Virus record (IMG/VR): IMGVR_UViG_3300045988_183533
DNA: 64,000 nt
Source of the DNA: a virus
Direction: 5' to 3' (one strand)
The notes below the pieces were generated by a model. The model was not told where the DNA came from, did not search any database, and saw only the letters and a program-made list of their open reading frames with translations. The position numbers and the translations under genes are program-made. Numbering within the stretch: position 1 is the stretch's first letter; each line of letters starts with the position of its first letter. Of the stretch, positions 49,101 through 61,100 are shown in pieces.

Positions 49101-52100
49101 GATTTCTCGATAGAGACAATTTCCTTATCGCGAACGGTCAGAGTACCATCCACATACTTGATGATGTAGTTGGCATTGCTGCCGCTGCCATCTTCGGTGT
49201 TGATGATAACTGCATCGCTGGGAACGTTCTTGCTGGAACCCACTTCGGTCTGAGAACCGGTTACGGTCACGGAATCCATCTTATCGTGAATGCCAAGCAG
49301 GTCGTTATCTACGAGTTCCGGAGCGTAGGTATAGCCGGGTTCCGTCAACGGAGTGCCGTCATATACCTTTTCTGCGGAGTTTGCAGTAATGGTTACCTCA
49401 CGCGGGTCAATGAAGAAATGTCCGGGAGTTACTGTGCCAATCTCAATATTATCTACCTCGGTATAGGTAGGAACAATGGAATAGCCGGGGTTCTCAGTAC
49501 GAACATTCTCACCCGGAACACGAGCCGCATCCAGATTCAGGGCACGGTCGATATAATCGCGCAGGTCCTTATCCGGAGTGTAAGGCTCATCTTTCTCGTT
49601 CGTGAGCGTATAGGAAACATTGAACTTGTCGGGGTCGTTATCGCCGTAGGTCTTGCGGTCGTCCTCCGCCTTGATGTTAATAATCAAGGGTTTGACGGTC
49701 AACTTACCATCGATGTAAACGAAATCGTAGTTCGGGTTATGGAAAGTAGAATCCTTGGCAGATACAGGATATTCACCAACAGGGCTCCACTTCTCTGCGT
49801 CCGTCTTGGTCTTGAGCGCATCCTTGCCACCGATATCATCGATGGTATCACCGCGCTTATAGCCGGTAATGGTTACGTTGGGTTTCGGGTTATCTTCGCC
49901 GAAATACTTTTCGTCATCAATAACCGTAACAACGATAGTTGCAGGAACGATGGTCAGAGTACCGGGAGTGGTAATGATTTCATAGTTGCCGGACGGGTCA
50001 GTACCATCAATGGTGATGGGATACTTGCCTACCTGCTCACCGTCATCAGTATCAGCACCGGGACGCTTCGTGGTGATATCGAAGAAGTCCTTGTCGCCTG
50101 GATTGACCAGTTCTTCGGGGTCAGTAATCGTCCAAGTCAGCGGGTCGGGGTCTTTCTCTCCGTAAACCTTCTGCTGGTCATCTGCCTTCACATGGATAGG
50201 TTTCTTACCAATCGTCAGGTCACCGCCAACATAGATAAACTTGTAATTGCTGTTGTCAGCAACCAACTGCTGTCTATCGTAGTTGATGGGATAATTACCA
50301 ACTTTCGTCTTATTCGTTACGGGATTGCCAGCGTTATCGTTGCAGTACATTGTGGCAGTACCGGAAACCTTGGATTCGTCATCCTTGATACCGGTGCCGG
50401 TTTCATCCTTAACGTCACGACCGACAAAGCCAGTGATGGAGTAAGTGAATTCGGGAATCTCATCGCCGTAGGTGGTCTTGTATCCGCCATCGACCGTAAC
50501 AGTAAGTGTTGCGGGGACGATTTTCAGAGAACCATCGTATACGGTGACGGTATAGTTCTTGTTGTTTGTATCGTACTTTGCGGAAATGAGGTAATCGCCA
50601 TCATAGAGGGTGGTTCCCCACTTATTGAGAGAATCGGCTGCGGTAACATCGCCGCGCACAACATTCTCACCCTTGGTGCGGTACAACTCAACGTTCAGTG
50701 GGCTGTTTTCGGGGTCAATCAGGCCAATCACATTGCCAGCATTGTCTTCGTAATGGAAGGTAAATGCCGGGTCAGCGGTGCCGTAGGTCTTGACCTTATG
50801 GTCAATGCGAACAATCAGTTCCTTCGGGTTAACAGTGATATCGCCATTGACATAGCGGATAACATAGTTCTTCTCGAAGTTTGTGTTGCTCTTGACTTCG
50901 AAAGTGGAGCCGATATGCTCTTCACCGTCTTCCAGAACAACGCAATCCGGGTTCACCGCATCCTCATTGTTGTTGCCAGCAGTTACAATGTACTTGCCAG
51001 CGTCAGACAGGTCGAAGCACAGAGTAGCGAAGCCAAGTTCACCGTTCAGAACGGTTTCCTTCGTGTCATCACGCTTGAAGCCGGTAATATCGGCATCAAA
51101 TGCGGGATTCTCTTCGCCATAGGTCTTGGAATAGCCACCCTTTACGGTAACAACCAGCTCAGCCGGAGTAATCGTAAAGTTGCCATTCTCCATGGTAATA
51201 ACGTAGTTGGTGATACCATCCTTGCTGACAGGGCTGATATCGTTGGCGTTGATGGCGTAAGCCTTGCCGAACGAATGCTCGCCAGTCCAGACATCTTCAC
51301 CGGGTTCACGAGTCACGCCAGTACCTTCGAGGTCGCCGGGCTGGACAGGCACATCCGCGCCTTCCTTCTCGGTGAGAACGGGACCGTTTGCGTACTCGAT
51401 GTAGTAGTTGCCATCTTCGCCACGGACACCGTCATGGAGCGTGTACTTCAATTCGGGGTCAGCATCGCCGTAAACCTTGGTGTTATCCGCAGCAATAACG
51501 GAAACGGGGCGAGGAATGATAGTCAGGTTGCCAGCTGTAATCGTGATGTCGTCATCATCATAGATGGTGCTGTGGACACCGGACAGGCTGATGCAATTCT
51601 TGTAGGTTCCGCTGGAACTGGTCTGCGTATCCAGATGCGTGAAGGTGAAGGTGGAGGTATTGAGTCCTGCCTCTTCTGCCGTGATTTCAACAGCTTCGCC
51701 GTTTTCTACCTTGAACACATGATATGTGTAATCGGAAGAACCATCGTAGAAGCGGTTGACACGGTCGCCGTAATAGCGAACCTTATCATCCACGGTAATC
51801 ATCAGACCCTGACGCTTGACAATGAGGTCGTTTGCGTAACGATATTCAAAGTCATAGTTCGGGTTATCCAGCTCAAGCTGTTTCTGGTCATTTGCTGCGA
51901 GGTTTCCAATCTGACGGTCCTGCGGCGTGGAGTAGACGGGATAAGAACCGACTTCTTCACCCTCTGCACGAACCAGATTGAAGACGATGGGAACCTTATC
52001 GGGGTTCACAACAACGCTTGCATCCGTGATGCGGCTGCCTGCGCCGAGCTTCTGCTGACCATTTACGGAATTATGGGTAATCATATCGGTCAGGGTGAAG

Positions 52101-55100
52101 TCCTGAACCTTATCAGCATCGCCCAGTTCCTTCTGCCAGCCAGTGACTTCCAGCAGCATCGGACGAGGTTTGATAGTCAGAACACCGGGCGTGTAGTTCG
52201 CAATCGTATAGTTATAACCGCCATCTGCGTTTTCACGAGGTACGAGAATCGTATGCTCTTCGCAGTAACTCTTATCGCCATACAAGTAATTGGAACCGAC
52301 ATCGGTGTACTTGTTGTAAGTCAGGTTGATGTAATCGCTCAGAACATTCTTTGCGGTTTCAAGAACCTTCGCGGTTGCGCCATCGTTATTCTTCAAAGCA
52401 ACATCAGCAGTATCGCCGTGCTTCAAGCCAACAACGGTCAGCGTGTAGTCGTTTTTGTTATCTTCGCCGTAGTAACGCTCCTGATTACCAAATACGATTG
52501 TCAGCGGGACAGGCGTAATGGTCATCTTAGCGTCGTTCGTTTCGACGATATAGTTGCTTGCTGTGCTCTTTTCGTAAGAAATACGGATGGTATATCCTTC
52601 GTCACGGACATTCTCGCCGCTGTCACGAACTGCCTTGATGCCGAACATTTCGCTGGTAGGCTTAATGATTTCGCCATCGACAGTCCACTTCAATGCGGGT
52701 TCCGTGCCGCCGTATGCTTTCGTTGCATCCAGAGCCGCAATGCGAATCAGACGAGGATGTACTTTCAGAACATTGGACTCATAAACGAGTTCGTAGTTGG
52801 AAACTACCTGTCCTTCACTGTTCGTGACGGTCTTGATGCCAAGAGTATTGCCGTAACCGGTGTTTTCGTTCACGGATACAGGATATCCATTTACGGGAAC
52901 ATGGGTATGCGGGTGGTCGCCGTCATGATAATGCTCATGACCCTTGTGCATTTCGTTGTATTTCTCCAAGCAGTAAGCACATTCTTCTTCGGGAACATCC
53001 GTCTGATAGATTACATCACTGCTCTGTGTAGCGGTTGTCAGATAAGGCAGATTAGAAGTGCCGTTCTTGAATGCCAGAGCGGTGCGAGAAGCACCGTTTA
53101 CGACTTCAACCACATTACCGATGGTATCATTACCAATCAGATGCATGTTGTTGTAATCAACGGTAGCGTCATCGCCCAGAACGGTCCAGTTGTTCTCGTC
53201 CGAAACATCCAGTTCATTGCCTTGGTCATCTGTGCCAAGAACCTTGAATGTGGAGTTGAAGAACGGGTTCGTTGTACCGTAAATCTTCTGGCTTTCGTCA
53301 ACGGAAATCATAATCTTGCGGGGCTTGACCTCGATAGAACCGGGGTCTTCCGTGACAACATAGTTTTTCAATACATCATAGTTGAACTCGTTCAGACCAA
53401 TGTAAGATACAGGGTAAGAACCAGCATCCGTCGTCTCGCTCGGTACTACATTGTATACGAATTTACTCTGATAATTGTTTGTCTTTTTCGCTTTCAGGTC
53501 GAGTTTTTCGTCGTCCGAAGAAGCGGTCTTATGGTCTTCGACCAGACCTTCCATGGTCAGCCAGCTATCAGAACCCTTATTCCAGTAGTAGACATCGTCT
53601 GCATACGGAAGTTTGATATTCTTGAAGCCATGTCCATAAGTGGTGCTTACGCTCTTGACCTGCGCACGCAGCGTCGTACGGTAAATACCACCGCTGAAAG
53701 TCTTGTCTGCGATATAGTAGTCGTTGTAGTTATTGTTCACAAGGTACATTTCATTGTTCTGTTCAATGTCACGCACCAGTGCGTTCGTATCATCGATATC
53801 CTGTACAGTGTACTCGAATACGATGTTTACTGTGCCGCCAACTGGAATTGTGTCAATGTAGAACTCTGTGCCCTGCTGATTCATACGAATGCCATTTGTG
53901 GATTTCAGGGTGATGGGACCATTACCTGCAAATCTGCTCTTCAGACGCAGGTTCTGGATGGCAACAGGAGCAACATAGTTGTTTTGTGCGGCCAGACCAT
54001 ATCCGGTATCCTTGTTCGTAACTGCAATCGTAACAGTCATCTTCTGACCAACCTGCGGGGTGGTCGTGCTGTAGCTGTACTTTACAGAATACGGCAGATG
54101 GCGAATCGTATTCATCGAAAGACCATTGTAACGGTCTTCCTTGATGACACCATTGTCGCCGTTTGCATCATACCCGGTCAGCTGTTCGCCAGCATTGCTG
54201 TCAGCATAAGAACCAACATAGGTCTGAGCATTCAGTTCAACGGAATCATAGTTGGTGATATTATCAATATAGATATTTCCCTGTCCTTCTTCACCGATAT
54301 TGGCGTTGTAGTAGGAATCATATACCTTGATGTTGTTCGGATTCACTACCGTGTTCTGGTAGTTATCCTGTTCGGTCTTGGTATAGCGGGTAATATCGAT
54401 GTTTTCCTGTTTACCAGCAAGAATCATTTCATATGCCTGCTCGATAGTCACATTCTGATTATCGTAGACAGTCGTATCTGTCAGATACTTGCCGTTTCCG
54501 ATATCATTGGAGTTACCATCGTAGTTCCACTTGTATTTGTTCACATCATGATACTGACTGTGAACATACAGAGGACGAGGATTGATGGTACCAGTGAAAT
54601 CTTCACTTGCAATATAATAGTTGTCGAACGGGTTGTTAATCAGTTCAAGAATCGTAACGGTCTTGATACTGTGCAGACCCGTGTGGATGGACTCTCTGAA
54701 ACTCGTCTTTGCGAAGTCCTCAGGAGCATAGTTTTCGCAATAATAGCCGTAAGCCAGTGTACTGTTCAGCGCGACAGTATCGCCGTGAACAATACCGGAA
54801 TCAGCAGTTGCTGCTTTGATTTTAATATCAGATACCTTTGCGGTGCTGATATTGTCGTAAATCTTATTGTTGTCATAGCTGTAAAGATGCAGCGGGCGCG
54901 GATAAATATCGAAGTATACGACATTACCGTTGCCGGATACATATTCATCAGGTGTAGTGCTTTCTCCACGGACTACATAAGTCTTGCCGGGCTTCGTGTT
55001 CTCCCAGCAGAAAGTAACTTCGTACTTGCCCGTGTAGGTTGCCGTAGCAGTGTAGGAGCCGGTACGAACGAGAGGCTTCTTCTTGCTATCGGTAGTAGCG

Positions 55101-58100
55101 TTTGTAGGATATGTGATGTTGGGAGATTCGTTGTTCGAATAGGTGATGTTTACGCCACGCAGGATTTCCTGTTCATCGATACCTGCATCGGTATCGCCGT
55201 CCCATACAACGTGTGCGGCAACAGTCAACTGGTTGCCGTCGTACATCTTGTTAGCAACAGTCAGCATGACCTTGGCACGAGTAGGAGTGCATTCGTTTGC
55301 ATCCTCGAAGCCAATATCCATTGCGTTCTTACCAACGCGACGATACAGACGTTTGTTCAGGTCAACGACCTTGATTTTTGCACGACCAGCCTGACCAATA
55401 CCGGAACCGGCACCGTCATTCAGCTGGTCTGCACCAGTGACGTTTGCTTTAATGATGATGTTGCCGTTGTCAAGGTTTTCACCAACAGAAGCGGCATAAG
55501 AAGAACCACGCAATGCACCATCGGTAGAAGCAGACTGCCAACCAGAACCGCCGCCGTTTTCGTGCAGTGTGTTGTTGTAGCCTTCCTCGTCTTCTCGCTG
55601 CATTTTGATATCACTGCTGTGGGTGCCACTGTAAGTCCAGCCACAGATATCGCCATGATGGTATTCGTAGCCGTCGCTGAAGACCTTGTCTTCCTTTAAT
55701 GCACAGTGATAACGCTGACCACTGTTGTTTGAACCAGAACCGCCGACACCGCGCGTGGTGTATCCGTTGCCGGAAATTATTGCAGCACCGGAACCACCGC
55801 CAGCAACGCCGAACATCGACGAACCGTCACCGTAGTTCTTCAGCTGTCCGTCACCGATAAGGCCAAAAGCAACCGTGGTAGCGCCACCACCACCGCCAAA
55901 GCCTATGGGAGAATTGCTGTGGTAGCTGTGGTCAGGGTCGCCTCCCCCTTTATAGCAGTCATAGAACACTGCGCCGACACCACCGGAACCACCGCCGTTA
56001 TAGCCACCGGAACCACCGGAACCACTGCCGGTAGAACCGCCACCGGAACCACCACCGGAACCGCCACCGCCTGCACCGCCAGCGACAAAGTAGAGGGTCG
56101 TGCCTTCCTTAATGTCTGCTGTGATAATGGTGTGGCTGCCGGAGTTGCCGCTGATACCATCTGTCATACTTGCATTGCCGCCGCCAGCACCCCACAGGTC
56201 AATCTGATAGGTTGCATCGAACGGAGCGGTCCAAGAAGAAGTGGGATTGTTTCCGTCATTGGCTTTGAACGACTTGTCGGCCGCACGAACATTCTTTTCA
56301 TCGATGTAGAAGAAAACCTGTTCGTTGGTGCCGTCAAACTCTTCCATGTCGTAGCAATGATACTGGATAGCATTGCGCCAGAACCATTGCCAGATTTCCT
56401 TCGGGTAAGAATAATCGGACCATAATGCATAGCCGTGGTCCAGATAAGGTGCATAGTCCTCGTTGTTCTTGTCCAGATATCCGCGTTCATCGAGAGAAAT
56501 GCCAAGTTCAGCCATCGTTTTGCCCTGAACATCAATCTGAGAAGGATTGCCGTTCATGTCATAGCGAGTAACGGTTGTCATTTGTCCCTGATACGGGGTA
56601 TTGAGGTTAACACTCAGATGGTCGCTCTGGCTGAACACGGTACGAGAAGTGTCTCTGTGCTTGCCGTACGGGAACTCATTCACAATCTGATAGCGGGACA
56701 TAATGTACCGAAGTCCATTAGGCGCTTCAATTGTCAGTTCGGGATACATGAAAATAGAGTGTTTATCAACGCCACAACTAACAAGATTGCGCTCGTTTGC
56801 ATGGATACTGATATTGTAATCCAGCCACAACTCTGCACCAGTGTCGGTGTTATCTTCATCGATACCGCCATTCACATAGTCAAAGTTATGAGCAAGGGTA
56901 TTTGTGATGGTCTGACTCTTCAGTTTCGTGCTGTTGTAGCCACGAATGTATTCCAGATATGGTTTGCACTGGAAATAGAAGTGCTCAGTACCAAAATCCA
57001 TCGGGTTCGTTGCGGATTCGATATGCAGGCTTGTGGTAATACTCCACTTCGCATATGCGCTGTTGATGTCGAACGGCTGACCGTTCAGCATCGTATCCTC
57101 AACAGGTCTGATATCATCAATGGTGATGTAGGCAGTAAACTTACCGAACGGAGAACCGGAGTGCTCGGTTTCGATTGCGTCAACAACCTGCTTCATTACA
57201 GAACTGTCATCTGTATTGATGTCGTATCTGGTTTTGACGATATTTGCCCAGTCTTTGTAGTTTTCGGTGGTCAATCCGTTTCCGCCATTTGCATACCCGT
57301 TGATATTGATGGGGGCAATGACAGGCTTATAGTCGGTGGATTCCGAATTCAAGTCGTCTTGGAATCCCCACTGCAATACAGGGGTAAGAATACGGTTTCC
57401 AGATTCCGTCAATTTACCGGGGGAGAATGTGATAGTCGTTGTATAAACGGCCACGTTCTTATCGGAAATCAACGGGTTATTAGAACCACCTCTGCTGGCA
57501 TTCCAGTTATCTACTTGGTCCTGTGTAGTCTCAACAGACCAGTAATTCTGACCAAAATCGCCAGTCGCATCGCCCTCGCTGTTATGCTCCTGCATCATCA
57601 ATGCACGGGCTTCCAGCATAGTTGCGGAAACGAAAGGTGCATCGACCTGCAACAGGCCATAACGGGAAGTATCGAACCCTGCATTGTCAGCATCGCCGAT
57701 TGCGCTGTAGGAGTTCTCGACCTTGGTTCTCTTTTCGTTAAAGCGATAGCTTGCAACGATACGGAAATAATATCCGGACCAGTTGTAATCTGCCGCGTGC
57801 AGAGTAAGGGTGATAGTAGTGTGTTTCTGAGCACACTGCTGGTCAGTGAAACCATCAGGACGCCAGAAATCGGCAGGCAGCCATTTGTTGTCATGAATCA
57901 TACTTGCGGTCTCTTTCCCCTTTGCGAGGGTATCGACCGTATGTGCTTCGATGTCAACCTTGTTTACCTGACTATTATCTACGGTATTCAGTGTATAAGT
58001 ACCGCCGAATGTGACGGATGTAGCAAGAGTCTGCCAATCGTCATCATGGGGGTCTTTGTACTGAACATCGTAGCTGTAGCCCTTGTCATCAAGGCCCTTC

Positions 58101-61100
58101 CAGTAATCTGTTTCAAACACGAAGGTTGCTTCGTCCTGAGTCATAACACGCTGATTCGGTGCCTGCGTCATGGACATGGGGCGCTCTTCGATTTGAATGA
58201 TACCGGAAGCTTCCGGAGTGATTACGCCGGGGTCGATGGTGGAATAAGTTTTGCCCTCAACCTCGTAGTCTGTACGAAGCTGAATAGCGTTTCCTGTATA
58301 TGCCAGCATTTGCAGCTGTACATCCACGGAACTGTGCGGGTAATTATATACACCATCATTACCGTCATGGAATACCGGCGTTTTGATGATACCTGTTACG
58401 GCACCGTCTTCGGTAGTGAACTGACCGTAATGACCAATCTTGACCCAGTCGCTCAGAGCATTATTGGTATTACGCAGGTCAACCACGCGGTAATACCATG
58501 TTACGGATTCATTGCTGATGGGCTGATTGTAGATGATACCGGAACCTTCGAGAACCTTGGTGGTCTCGCCTTCCCAGTAACGGTAGTTCTCAATAGGTGT
58601 TGCTTCGATTGTCAGCAGTTCCAGAGGAACCGTTTCACAGTCGTTCCAGAAATGAGGAGGAACCTTTGCAACGATAGGACCGTATTTAGTGACTTCGTTG
58701 CCAGCCTTGTCATATACGCGGGCACGAAGAATCGTTTTGCCGCCTACATAGATACAAGGCAGGTTAGAAATACAATACTGGTCTACGTTGTTGACTACGC
58801 AGCTGAAGTCGTCGCCTTCCTGCAGCAGCGCAGTATTGTCCTCATACCGGATATGGACGGTGTATCCCTCGTGAACCTGACCATCGTTGAACAACTTTGC
58901 GTCGCTCAGCTTGCCGTAGATACGAGCGATACCGGTGGTACGAACGGACGGAGAGCTGTTACCGCTGTCCTTAAAGACAGTGTCCCAGCCTTTCAGTCTA
59001 TCAGTACCAAGGTTCCAGTCGTTGCCGTCTCCGGTACGGTATGCACCCAAATCACCGGTGGTGTTATCGAACAGAGCACCGTTTTTGGGGACTTTTACAT
59101 CGAAGTATTTGCTGTTCCAGTGACCTGTGAAGTTCTTGATAGGCTTCCAAGTCGTGGAATCAAAGCCCAGCTTCGTCAGGTCGAGGTCTTCCATCAGTTC
59201 GTAGCAATCGCTCAGAGGATACCAGTAGCTGCCGCCATTGGCGAGAGCTGTCAGAATCTTCTTGGCGTTTGCTGCATTGACACGATGGACGAAGTGCGTC
59301 ATCTGCTGGTCGGCTTGGTCAGCGGCACAGACTTCACACTGCTTGCGCTGAGAAATCCACATCAGGGTGTTGACGCAAAGTTGCATTTCTTGAGGAGAAG
59401 CGCGGTTAATATGACCACCGCCATCATCCAAAGGAAGGTGACCAATCTGGTTCATAACAAAGTTGCCGGAACCAGCCAGATAGAAGTTATTGGTGCCGCT
59501 GCGTCCATCGACGGTGGGCTCATACAGCTTACCAAGGCCAGCATTTGTGAAATCAGATGCGCAGCCGTTGTACTGAACCCAGATATCGTCGAATGCGACC
59601 TGACCATTACTGTGTGTCAGAGCAGCAGGGACTGTCTGCCCTACACTGAACTTATAAGGCCAGTTAGTCGGTGTACGGTGCTTGATGTCGGGGTTGACCA
59701 TTGCCTCTTCGTATGTGAAACCACCATTAGAACGGATACGAAGACTTTCAGAACCGTAGATTGTTGTCTTTAAGAACGGCCCATGCGAACCACCGGAAGA
59801 CATAATAGCGGAAGGTACAGTCAGCGGGTCAACAATCCAGCCGAAATACGCTTCATCGCTTGCAGAGTAGTAGCCGGAACCAACGAGTGTGTTGGAATTG
59901 TTTTCACCCATCAGAGCGTTCATATTCCAGTGACCACCGCTGACTTCCCAGCTATTTACCTGATAATAACGAGTAGCAGTATCGTTCGGGTCAATCTTTC
60001 TTTCGTCATAAATGTTGTTGGGGTAGCCACGGCCACCGCCATGTGCATCGAACCAGGCACCGGCATAGGCGTACATGGTATCGTGACCAATACCAAAGCC
60101 GTAACCATTGCCAATATAGTTCTTCAAGGCATAATAGGCTTTGCCAGACAAGTCAGGTTCCGAAAAATAGCATGTTCCCCAGTATACAGAATCGACTCGA
60201 TAATTTCCTTCTGCATCCTTTAAATATCTGTCAGGGTCGACGTTAAAATCGTTGCACGAAACTGTATTCAAAGTGATGTGAGCCATACCATTCTGAGAAT
60301 AACCATTTGTCATGGCTTGATTTACATATTCTTTAATGGTAAGGGGAAATGTCCTTCCATCTTCCTCCTTGGTATAGCAGAACAGAACCTGAACAGCATC
60401 CTTGTAGGAAGTGCCGCGACCAGATGCGGGAATAGAAACCGCTGCACCAGTAGCAGTGTTACCTACGATATTGCTATTGTGATAACGGAAGTAAACTGTT
60501 TTGCCGTACCATTCGGAGTTGATTTCGAGTTTGTTGCCGTCCGTGAGCGCAAACGATTTATATTTTCTTGTTCCTCCGGTTGGTTTCCCTTCCGAATCAA
60601 GTTCGTTTGCATTGGCATTGCCATTAAAATTGCCGCCAATATACGACCACATGCGGTCGGCTTGCTGTCCTGTGATTTCGCCGTTTGCAAGCCAACCGCT
60701 TTTGCCGTCTTGTCCATAAATCTTGGCATACATATCAGCTGTCAGGTATTCCATGCCAGCAGACAGACCGGTCACCCACTGAGGATTTGTCTGGCTGTCA
60801 AGTTGGACGCCTGCTGCATAGGTAGCAATGCCAGAAAGGGCAAGACGCTGTTTCAACTTGTCCTCTACAGACAAGTCATTGTACATTTCGTCTTCACTCT
60901 TTTCCATCGACGGGATAGAAACAGTGATTTCTGTTGTGATGGTATTGTCGAGTGTATCATCGGTGAGCTTGTTTTCATCTGCGCCGTTTGCAATCAGTTC
61001 TTCCTTGGCGGCAGCAATATAATTGTCGTCATCGATAGTGATTACACAGCGGTAAGTGGTGTAAGCATCATACTCATCGATGGTATGAGTGTAGGTATCA